NCBI GenBank assembly: GCA_016705545.1
Contig: JADIYA010000006.1
Location: forward strand, 198,353 to 262,352
From: Flavobacteriales bacterium
GTDB lineage: Bacteria > Bacteroidota > Bacteroidia > Flavobacteriales_F > PHOS-HE28
DNA: 64,000 nt
Reading direction: 5' to 3'
Position numbers and translations under genes: made by a program. Under the pieces are notes generated by a model that saw only the letters and a program-made list of their open reading frames with translations, did no database searches and was not told where the DNA came from. Positions 31,901 to 41,264 of this stretch are shown piece after piece (the first letter of the stretch is position 1; each line of letters starts with the position of its first letter).

Positions 31901-32608
31901 CCGTTTGATGCATCCGTTAATCTCATGCACGACAATCTGCGCGCGGCAGGCCTTGTGCCGCTAGCCCAGCCCTATTCCGCCCTCGGTTACAGCTTCGTTG
32001 GCGGCGGAGGAACAGAAACAACCAGCGCTGCGAGGCTCTTGGAGACCGGCCCTAACGCCGTGGTGGATTGGGTCGTGGTTGAACTGCGCAACAAGAATAA
32101 TCCCGCGCAGGTGCTTGCTTCTAAGGCTGCATTGCTCGAACGTGATGGCGATGTTGCGGGAACCGATGGGTACGCTCGCCTCAACTTCGGTTTGCCTAAC
32201 GACGATTACTACGTGGCCCTCAGGCACCGCAACCACTTGGCCGTCATGTCCGCGGCACCGCAACGTCTCGATGCGAATGAGGCTGGGCTCGATTTCACGC
32301 TGGTCAGCACGCCTGCATACGGATTACAGGCGCAGGCCACGCTTTCCAATGCGCGCATGGCACTCTGGTGCGGCGACGTGAACCGGGACGGCACCTTGAA
32401 GTATGTGGGCTCGGGCAACGACCGGGACCCGATTCTTCAGGCAATCGGCGGAACGCTGCCCTCGGCCACCCTGGCGGGCTATCGTTTGGAGGATGTGAAC
32501 CTGAGCGGCGTGGTCAAATACATCGGTTCAGATAACGACCGCGACCCGATCCTGGTCAACATCGGAGGAAGCGTGCCCACGGGCACCCGAGCGCAGCAAT
32601 TGCCCTAG
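28917..32608 (+). CDS. Large secreted multidomain protein A: PQQ-type sugar-dehydrogenase-like beta-propeller, PKD domains, PA14 domain and a C-terminal duplicated NDRDPIL module. One apparent -1 frameshift at ~30818-30826.
   Basis: Signal peptide MAFRFFRAFMLLGFVHMGVLQAQ. Propeller (GSDH-like) motifs: GATWDANGRVYVWEKSGRVWIMENG, HGMLGFALDPNF, HGVGTLLFAPDGTLLATIGEGAS, GKVLRMDPNTGDG, WELGLRNPFRM. PKD-like segments: LTYLWNFGDG, YEWDFGDGTSS. PA14: GYLVAPETGTYTFTVTSDDASAVYLS. ORF 28857-30851 and ORF 30824-32608 are continuous with paralog B. Confidence 0.6.
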
Positions 32609-32678
32609 GGTACCTGGGATTGACTTTGGTCTATATGATGGCTAGTTTCGTCGCCATTATAAGCCTACTAGTCCTAAC

Positions 32679-35600
32679 ATGACCACGCTTTCTCCCGCCC
32701 GAACGCTCGTCGCCTTCGGCCTCTGGCTAATGGGGTATTCCCAGCCAATCGGTCTCTTCGGGCAGACCTACCAGCCGAACTTCAGCGATGCCTTGGTGAT
32801 GGGCGGATGGGTCTCACCGGTTGGCGCAACATGGGATACTAACGGGCGCCTCTACGTCTGGGAAAAGCGCGGCCAGGTATGGATCGTGGAGAATGGCGTG
32901 CGTCTTCCGAATCCACTGCTCAACATCAGCGATGAGGTAGGTGATTGGCGCGACCACGGATTCCTGGGATTCGCCTTGGATCCGAATTTCACGACCAATG
33001 GATACATCTATGGCATGTACGCTGTGGATCGGCACCATTTGATGAACCATGGCACGGGAAGCTACAACGCCAATACGAACGAATACTACGCGGCCACCAT
33101 CATGCGCATCACGCGATGGACGGCCATTGGGCCGAGCTTCAATGCGGTGAACTACGGAACACGGCAAGTGCTTGTGGGCGAGACGCGCTTCACCGGCGTG
33201 CCCTTGCTGCACGAATCGCACAGCACCGGCTCGCTCATGTTCGGCTCAGACGGGACCTTGTTGGCCACTGTTGGCGATGGCGCCAGCTACAACGTCGTGG
33301 ATGTGGGCAGCAGCAGCGACACCTATTGGTCGCAAGCACTGGTCGACGGGATCATTCGCCCGACAGAGAATGTGGGCGCCATGCGCTCGCAGATGCTGGG
33401 AAGCCATAACGGCAAACTGCTCCGCATCGATCCAGCAACAGGCGACGGCATTCCCAGCAACCCGTGGTACAATCCGGCAGCGCCCCGTTCACCGCAATCG
33501 CGCACGTTCGCGCTCGGCCTGCGCAATCCATACCGTGCCACCATCAAGCCCAACAGCGGCAGCACCAACCCGGCTGACGCCAATCCCGGCGTGATCTACA
33601 TCGGCGATGTGCAATGGGGCACCTGGGAGGATTTGAATGTGTGCTATGAGGGCGGCATGAACTTCGGCTGGCCGCTGTTCGAGGGCTTGACCCCGCACAG
33701 CGGATACATGAGCGCGCTCACCGCGAACCTCGATGTGCCGAATCCGCTCTACGATGGGGTGAGCTGCACGATCCAGTACCTGCGCTTCCAGGACCTCTTG
33801 AAGCAGGACACACCGATCCACCTCAACGGGCATCCGAACCCATGCAATCCCGCGGTGCAGATCCCCAACGCTATTCCGAAGCATTTCCACTCACGGCCCG
33901 TTGTCGATTGGCTGCACGGCAACCAAAGCCGATGCGGAGCTTCGATGGCAATACCGCAGTGACCTATGACCTGGGTGCATCCGGCTCACCGGTCTCCGGC
34001 CCGCAATTCGGCGGCAACTGCGCCGTGGGCGGACCTTGGATGGCCGGTCAGAACATGCCAGCAGGCTATCAGAACAGCACCTTCCACGGTGATTACGCGA
34101 GCGGCTGGATCCGCCGCTTCATGTTCAATGAGCAGAACCAGCCAGTTAGCGTGCATGATTTCGCAACAGGACTTGGTGCAGTGGTATGGATCGGTGCCGG
34201 TCCAGATGGCTGCGTTTGGTACATGAAGTACAACACCAATGAGCTGCGCCGGATCTGCTACACGCTGGCGGTGAACCTGCCTCCGGTTGCGGTGGCCACG
34301 CAGAGCGTGCAGTACGGACCAGGCCCGCTCACAGTGAATTTCAACGCGAGCGGCAGCTCCGACCCTGAGAACGGCGCGCTCACCTACTTCTGGAATTTCG
34401 GCAATGGCAGCCCCAACTCAACACTGCCCAATCCATCACGGACATTCACTGCGCCGCCTGGGGTGCCCACGACCTACACCGTGACGCTCACGGTCACGGA
34501 CAACATCGGGCAAACGGCCATTCAGCAGCTAATCGTTTCGGTGAACAACACTCCGCCGGCGGTCAACATCACCAGCATACCGTTGCCAGCGTTCTATCCT
34601 GTGGGCATCGATACGACTTTCCAACTGCAAGCCGCTGTGACCGATGCCGAGCACGGCCCGGCGCAACTCACCTATGCCTGGCGCACCACGCTTCACCATA
34701 ACACGCACACGCATCCTGAGCCATTCGATGACAACGTGAGCACGAGCACCGTGATCAGCGGTGTGGGCTGCGATGGCGAGACCTTTTTCTACGTGGTGAG
34801 CCTGACCGTCACCGATGCTGGCGGCCTCAGCACGACCGTGCAGCGCGAGATTCATCCACGGTGCTTCGCAATCGCTCCAACGGCCATCATCCTGGCAAGC
34901 ACCAGCAGTGGTGAATCGCCCCTCGCAGTGACCTTTGATGGCACGCAGAGTTACGATCCAGGGCAGATCGTCTCCTATGCGTGGGATTTCGGTGATGGCA
35001 CCAGCAGCACGAACGCGACGCCATCGAAGACCTTCACCGAAACCGGCGATCCCAAGTGACGCTCACCGTGACCGATGATGATGGCCTTACCGGCACTGCG
35101 GTGAAGGTGGTCAGCGTGCTCAGCTTCCTGCCACCGCAATGCCCCGGAGCCGCTGGCAGCCTCTTGCGGGAGTTCTGGAGCAATGTTTCCGGCAGCAGCG
35201 TGAGCGACCTGATCAACACGCCGAACTATCCGAATAGCCCGTCCGGAAGCTCCAGCCTGACCTCATTCCAAGGGCCAACCAACTTCGCGAACAACTATGG
35301 CACGCGCGTGCGCGGTTGGATCGTGGCGCCGCAAACCGGGAACTACACATTCACCCTCACCAGCGACGATGCCAGCGTGCTCTACCTGAGCCTGAATGCA
35401 GAGCCGCAGTTCGCGCAGATGATCTGCAATGTGCCCGGCTGGACCAACGAGACCGAATACACCAAGTACCCCAGCCAGGTCAGCACGACGATTCCGATGG
35501 TGGCAGGCCGCTACTACTATGTGGAACTGCTGCAGAAGGAGGGCAGCGGTGGCGACCATTTCGCTGTGCGCTGGCAAACGCCCAGCAACAGCACACGCGC

Positions 35601-36381
35601 CGTCGTTCCCGGCACAGCGTTGGTGCGCTGGCAGAATTGCCAGCCCAGTGTGCGCTTGCGTGTGAACCTGCAAGGTGCTTATGACAGCGCAACGGGGCTC
35701 ATGCGCGATGATCTGCGCGCGCTGAGCCTTGTGCCGCTGAACGAGCCCTATCAGTCGCTCGGCTTCCCGCAGGTCGGCGGGGGAGGGGAGACCACGACGA
35801 ATGCGCGGCTTTCGCAGTCCGGCAAGAACGCCGTTGTGGATTGGGTGCGCGTGGAATTGCGGAACAAGAACAACCCATCGCAAGTGCTGGCCGCGCGAAG
35901 CGCTCTGCTCGAGCGCGATGGCGATATCGTTGGCACAGATGGGTACGAGCGATTGATCTTCAATGTGGCGGCGGACAACTACTTCATAGCCGTGCGACAC
36001 AGGAATCACCTCGGCGTGATGAGCCAGTCAAGCATCGCCATGGGTGCCGCTGTGGCGGGTGCCGATTTCACCTTGGGCGCCGTGGCCACATGGGGAACCG
36101 AAGCGCGCGCCGCTTTCGACAACGGCAAGCACGGCCTCTGGTGCGGCAATGTGCAACGCGACCTCCGCCTCAGCTACATCGGTGAGCTCAACGATCGAGA
36201 CCCGATCCTCGCGCTCATCGGCGGGTCCAACCCGAACAGCACCACCATGGGCTACCACATGGCTGACGTGACCATGGATGGCATGGTGCGCTACATCGGG
36301 CTTGGAAACGACCGTGACCCGATCCTGGTGAACATCGGAGGAAGCGTGCCCACAAGCGTTCGCAACGAGCAGTTGCCTTAG
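32679..36381 (+). CDS. Large secreted multidomain protein B, a tandem paralog of A with the same domain order. Two apparent -1 frameshifts at ~33941 and ~35051.
   Basis: Three ORFs (32679-33962, 33842-35059, 35056-36381) align in order to paralog A. The frameshift at 33941 is a T-run contraction (gct tc gat, expected gct ttc gat giving RCGAFDGNTAVTYDL). The frameshift at 35051 is a C-run contraction (gat ccc aag tg, expected gat ccc caa gtg giving TGDPQVTLTVTDDDGL). Confidence 0.6.
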
Positions 36382-36646
36382 GTATCAGCCCTTCGCTCGT
36401 CCCATGGCGCGCAGGTAGGCCTGCAGAACGCGGCCGCGTGGCTCAGCATGCAGCGCGTTCAGCACCGCTCGGGCGCGCGCATCGAGCACGCGTTCATCAC
36501 TGTGATCCTTGGTGCGCTGCGCGAAACGCTTGCCGGTGGTCATGGTCTGCAGGGATTGATGCGGTCAAAGCTCTCTTCCACATAAGCCTTCTGCCATACC
36601 GCGATCGGGGTAATCGCTGGCGGTTCTGCCAACAACCGGATGTTGG

Positions 36647-37807
36647 CTAGAAGCCGTTGGGGTCCTTGCGCACCACCAAGGCCTGCCGTGAGGCTTCACC
36701 GAAGGACCAGCCCGCCGCGATGAATCCATCGGGCAGCGCGCTCAGTGCCAACAAGCGCTCTTCCTTGCCCAGATCCCATGCGCGCTCCCAGGTGAGAGCC
36801 CCATACGGAGTGAGCCTGCTGGCCCACGCATCGCTGGATCCCAAGGAAGCGCTGCGTTCGCCGCAGGCCAGCAAATCACCGTTCGGAGCGAATGCAAAGC
36901 CGAAGCAGCGGCGATCAAAGAGCGTGTCGCCAATGGCGCGGGTCCACAGCGAATCACCGTTGAGATCGAAGGCCACCAGGTAGAGGTGGTCCTTATGGCG
37001 CCCCTCACTGATATCGTAGGGCACCTCGCTGTTGGTGGTGCCTGCCAGCACGAATGCGCCGGGTCCGAATGCGGCGATGGCACGACCGATCTCGTTGCGA
37101 ACGCCTCCCCATGAGCTGGCCCATACAAGGTCACCGTTCATAAGGCTCAGCCTCGCGATCCAAGCGTCTGAGCTTCCGCCGAAGTTGAGCTGCCGGCCCG
37201 TGAGCATCACATCATTCCCTTGCACGGTGATACCATGAGCCTCTACGTCGGAGAAATCCGTGACCGCCTGGTGCCATTGCACCAACCCGAATGCATTGAA
37301 TCGCGTGATCCATGCGTCATGGCCATCGCCGATCCCGCGCACACCCGCAGCGATGCAGCCGCCATCGGGCAGACCATGAACCGCGAGATACTGCTGATCA
37401 CCAGGTAGGCTAGGCCGCGTGAGCCAGGTCATGGCGCCATCGGGATCAAGTTTCGCCACGAAGCCATCGTGGTCGCTGCGGCCTGGTGCGCATGAACTTC
37501 CCGCAATGAAGGTCGAGCCGCTCGTCCCTAGGGCCATGGCCTGGGCGAAGCTGCGGCCGTCGATGCCGATGGGCAGCCACGATTGCTCGCTTCCCGATGT
37601 GCTGAGCAAGAGCAAACCCGCTTGATGACCATTGCCTTGTCCGATAAAGCGCCGCGTGGCCACGTGGAAACCATTGCCGCCCATCGAAACACCGACCGCG
37701 TCGTCGGCGAATGCGCCGCCATAGGAATTCACAAAGCCTTGTGCAGTTGCTTGCATGGAACAGGCAAGGCCGGCGATGATGAGTATCGGAAGACCGCGTG
37801 CGTGCAT
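36647..37807 (-). CDS. Secreted beta-propeller-repeat protein (SBBP-like), hypothetical
   Basis: Signal peptide MHARGLPILIIAGLACSMQATAQG. Repeated xDAW(I/A)xRL / GxxxWxxxxG units occur every ~45-50 aa. Confidence 0.45.
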   Translation of the reverse strand: MHARGLPILIIAGLACSMQATAQGFVNSYGGAFADDAVGVSMGGNGFHVATRRFIGQGNGHQAGLLLLSTSGSEQSWLPIGIDGRSFAQAMALGTSGSTFIAGSSCAPGRSDHDGFVAKLDPDGAMTWLTRPSLPGDQQYLAVHGLPDGGCIAAGVRGIGDGHDAWITRFNAFGLVQWHQAVTDFSDVEAHGITVQGNDVMLTGRQLNFGGSSDAWIARLSLMNGDLVWASSWGGVRNEIGRAIAAFGPGAFVLAGTTNSEVPYDISEGRHKDHLYLVAFDLNGDSLWTRAIGDTLFDRRCFGFAFAPNGDLLACGERSASLGSSDAWASRLTPYGALTWERAWDLGKEERLLALSALPDGFIAAGWSFGEASRQALVVRKDPNGF

Positions 37808-37859
37808 GTATTCTGTGAGCGCACGAACTTACAGGCAATGCAAGGCTAGCTTCGCCGCG

Positions 37860-38519
37860 ATGCGCGACGAGAAACGAACGGTGCGGGTGTTCATGGCGAT
37901 CTGGGCCCTGCTCCTCTGCGTTGGGGCCGTATGGGCCATTTCCGGCGATAAGCTGGAGATCCATCGCGCCATGAACGCGTGGCACAGCCCTGTTCCGGAT
38001 CGCTTCTTCGCTTTGTTCACGCACTTCGCGGACGGCCTCGTGCCCACCGCGTTGGCCCTGCTGCTGTTGATCATCGGCACTTGGCGGTGGTTCCTGCTCA
38101 TGGGGCTGAGCTGCGGACTGAGTGCATTGGTGGCCCAGGCCTTGAAGCATGGTCCTTTCAGTCATCTGGATCGGCCAGGCATGTTCCGCGAGCAGCTCGG
38201 GGATCTGTCCTGGGTTGCGGGCATCGACCTGCACAGTCACCATAGCTTCCCGAGTGGGCACGCCACGGCCGCCTTCAGCATGTGCTTCGCAATGGCGGTG
38301 ATCCTTGCACGCCCCCGGCTGGGTGCTGCGCTCGCCCTGTTCGCTGCTCTGCTCGGCTATGCGCGTGTTTACCTCTCTCAGCACTTCCTGCAGGATGTAG
38401 CCATGGGCTCAGCCATTGGCACCATCGTGGCATGGGCGGTGTACCATATGCTGTACAGGAGCGCGTGTTCACGCGCGGCTTGGCTGTCGCGGCACCCATT
38501 CCGCGCAGTGCACAAATGA
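37860..38519 (+). CDS. PAP2-superfamily phosphatase (membrane)
   Basis: SFPSGHATAAFSMCFAM and YARVYLSQHFLQDV, which are PAP2 motifs 2 and 3, plus multiple TM helices. Confidence 0.65.
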   Translation: MRDEKRTVRVFMAIWALLLCVGAVWAISGDKLEIHRAMNAWHSPVPDRFFALFTHFADGLVPTALALLLLIIGTWRWFLLMGLSCGLSALVAQALKHGPFSHLDRPGMFREQLGDLSWVAGIDLHSHHSFPSGHATAAFSMCFAMAVILARPRLGAALALFAALLGYARVYLSQHFLQDVAMGSAIGTIVAWAVYHMLYRSACSRAAWLSRHPFRAVHK

Positions 38520-38623
38520 CAGAAGGCGCCCAAGCGCCTTCCGGACCAAGGCCTCTGGACTCTCCCTTCCATCGGCGATCGGGCATGAAGACGCCGGACC
38601 ATTCAATCGGTCACGGCTTTTGC

Positions 38624-39757
38624 TCACTTCGGCGGCGCATAGCCGATCCGATAGATCATGTCCGCGCCATCGTCGCTCACGAGCAACGCACCATCGGGCG
38701 CTACGATCAAATCCACAGGCCGGCCCCATGCACGCGTGCCATCCAGCCAGCCTTCGGCGAAGACTTCGTGCGTGGCGCTGCCATCGGCTTGCGGGAAGGC
38801 CGCCACAACCCGGTAGCCGGCGGGCGTACTGCGGTTCCAGCTGCCATGCTCCGCAATGAAGATGGCCCCGCGGTATTTCTCCGGGAACAAAGTCCCCGTG
38901 TAGAAACGCATGCCCAACGGTGCGACATGCGGGCCGAGCTTCGCGGCAGGCGGGGTGAATTCGGAGCATGCGCGCTCCTTGCCGAATTCCGGGTCGCTTA
39001 CGTCGCCAGCGTGGCAGAAAGGATAGCCGAAGTGCCGCCCAGCGCGATCGATCCGGTTCAGCTCGCAATCGGGACTATCGTCGCCAAGCCAATCGCGGCC
39101 GTTGTCCGTGAACCAGAGCTCACCGGTGCGCGGATGCCAGTCGAAGCCCACAGTGTTGCGCACGCCATGCGCCACGATCTCCCGGTCGCCGCCATCCGGG
39201 TTGATGCGCGTGATCGAGGCGTACACGCTATCTGCCTTCAAGCAGATGTTGCACGGCGCGCCCACCGGCACATAGAGCTTGCCGTCCGGGCCGAAGGCGA
39301 TGAATTTCCAACCATGATGGGTATCCGTCGGAAAAGCCTGTGAGACCAGCACCGGCTCAGGAGGATCAGCAAGGTGTGATTCGATGTCATCCAATCGGAG
39401 GATGCGGTCAATCGCGCTGACATAGAGCGCGCCATCGCGGAATGCAACGCCAACAGGCATGTTCAACCCTGTGGCCACCGTGAATCGCTCATCGGCCTTG
39501 CCGTCCCTGTCGATATCACGGAGGGCATGCACCTCGCCCGCGCTTCGGCTGCCCACGAAAAGGGTTCCATCATCACCCCAGCACATCGCACGAGCGTTCT
39601 TCACTTCATCCGCGAACACCGTGATGCTGAAACCTGGCGGCAATTCGACCCCCTCGACCTGAGGCGCCCCACCACGGATGCTGGGCACGCAGACCGAAGC
39701 ATTCAGCACCAGGGCGACGCCGATGGCCAACGGCAAATTCCGGGGTTCAGTGCTCAT
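38624..39757 (-). CDS. PQQ-dependent soluble sugar (aldose/sorbosone) dehydrogenase, YliI-like
   Basis: GFSITVFADEVKNARAMCWGDDGTLFVG, GKLYVPVGAPCN, GVRNTVGFDWHPRTGELWFTDNGRD, FGYPFCHAG, PAAKLGPHVAPLGMRFY. Confidence 0.7.
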   Translation of the reverse strand: MSTEPRNLPLAIGVALVLNASVCVPSIRGGAPQVEGVELPPGFSITVFADEVKNARAMCWGDDGTLFVGSRSAGEVHALRDIDRDGKADERFTVATGLNMPVGVAFRDGALYVSAIDRILRLDDIESHLADPPEPVLVSQAFPTDTHHGWKFIAFGPDGKLYVPVGAPCNICLKADSVYASITRINPDGGDREIVAHGVRNTVGFDWHPRTGELWFTDNGRDWLGDDSPDCELNRIDRAGRHFGYPFCHAGDVSDPEFGKERACSEFTPPAAKLGPHVAPLGMRFYTGTLFPEKYRGAIFIAEHGSWNRSTPAGYRVVAAFPQADGSATHEVFAEGWLDGTRAWGRPVDLIVAPDGALLVSDDGADMIYRIGYAPPK

Positions 39758-39853
39758 GACGAGATGGGACTGCAACCGAGGCGGGCTCCATTGCGGCCCT
39801 GAAAGATAGAGGCATCGGGCCGCGGTTTACTTTCGGCGCGTCAACTCCGCACC

Positions 39854-41182
39854 ATGCGCCGAATCACCTTGCTCATGCTCATTGCGCATGCCGCCTTCGG
39901 GCTTGCACAAGATGCCTACCTCAATACCGCCTTCGTTCCTCGCTACTGGAAGGCCAATGACCCGTGGCCGCTGAGCGCCCGCGTGCGAAACGCGTCAAGC
40001 ACGGTTCCGCTGATCACCTTTCGGGTGGATTGGCGATTCAACAGTGGGCCGGTCCAAGTAGGCAATACGCAGAGCACCACGGGAATACTGCCCGGGCAGT
40101 ATTGGCCCTACACGCATCCTACCGCGTTCAATGTTCCGGCCAGCAGCGGCACCTTGAAGATGTGGGTAGTGGGGGTAGGAGATTCCAACCACAGCAACGA
40201 TACGCTCTACTTCACAGTGGACGTGCTGAGCGCATGGGCCACGAAGAGCGTGCTCATTGAACAATACACGGGTACCTGGTGCCAGTTCTGTCCCTTGCCC
40301 AATGCCGCCACCAATACGCTCAACGACGACCCGCTGATCGTGGTGGCCAAGCACCACAATGGAGATGAATTGAGCAGCGCAAGCAGCACGGCATACTGGC
40401 AGCAGTTCAATGCGAATTACTCGCCAGCCGGGGTGATGGAGCAGGAGGAGTTCGGCACCCTGGGCGACGATGCCGCTTACGATCAGTGGGGGCCGCGTGC
40501 CGAACAGCGCAAGCAGGGGGTATCGCCGGTGAGCATAGCGGTCGCTTCAGGCTTCAATGCATGGCAACGGTTGCTCACCGTCGATCTTGCTGTGACCTTC
40601 ACCGCGGCGCAAACAGGGACCTTCGTGGTGAATGCCTATATCCTCGAGGACAGCATCAACGGCGTGCAGGTGGCTGGAGGGAGCCCATACATGCATCAGC
40701 AAGTGGTGCGTGAAGTGCTCGGCGGCGCGAACGGTACGGCGGATGTGATCCCCGCCACCACCACCGCAGGGAGCACGTACAGCCATCAGTACACCTTCAC
40801 GGTGCCGGAGCAATGGAATGCCGCCAACCTGCGCGTGATCGCCATGGTCACTGAGAAGCGCAATGGCACGAGCTGGACCGTGAACGTGTCAGACGGCGAT
40901 CTAACGGAAGTTCACGTCCCGGAGTCCGCCACGGCTGAAGGCTTCTTCCGGCTATGGCCCAGCCCCGCACGCGACATGGCCTTCATTGATTTCGAGCCCA
41001 GCGTCGGATCTGCTCAGCTGCAATTGATCGGTGCCGATGGACGCGTGGTCCTGGAACAAACGATCCAATCATCAGCTGGTCGTGTGTCGTTGCCGATTCC
41101 CCCGGATTGTGCAACGGGCAGCTACCTCCTCCGCGCGATTGCCGGTGATCGGGTGGGCACACGCACCCTTGTCATCGAATGA
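39854..41182 (+). CDS. T9SS-sorted Omp28-related (thioredoxin-like) outer-membrane/surface protein
   Basis: Signal peptide MRRITLLMLIAHAAFGLAQ. YTGTWCQFCP thioredoxin-like motif. The C-terminus FFRLWPSPARDMAFIDFE...GSYLLRAIAGDRVGTRTLVIE matches the Por secretion tail. Confidence 0.6.
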   Translation: MRRITLLMLIAHAAFGLAQDAYLNTAFVPRYWKANDPWPLSARVRNASSTVPLITFRVDWRFNSGPVQVGNTQSTTGILPGQYWPYTHPTAFNVPASSGTLKMWVVGVGDSNHSNDTLYFTVDVLSAWATKSVLIEQYTGTWCQFCPLPNAATNTLNDDPLIVVAKHHNGDELSSASSTAYWQQFNANYSPAGVMEQEEFGTLGDDAAYDQWGPRAEQRKQGVSPVSIAVASGFNAWQRLLTVDLAVTFTAAQTGTFVVNAYILEDSINGVQVAGGSPYMHQQVVREVLGGANGTADVIPATTTAGSTYSHQYTFTVPEQWNAANLRVIAMVTEKRNGTSWTVNVSDGDLTEVHVPESATAEGFFRLWPSPARDMAFIDFEPSVGSAQLQLIGADGRVVLEQTIQSSAGRVSLPIPPDCATGSYLLRAIAGDRVGTRTLVIE

Positions 41183-41264
41183 TCGGGAACGAATGCGCCC
41201 CGCCATCGAAATGGCAGGGCGCGTAGGCGCGGAATAGCAACCCCTCGCGAACCGCGCCCTACTC

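Noticed and set aside
41190-41240. Possible bidirectional terminator between the Omp28-like gene and the pspC-domain gene
   Set aside because: Only a short imperfect stem (GCGCCC...GGGCGC) could be drawn. That is too weak to call.
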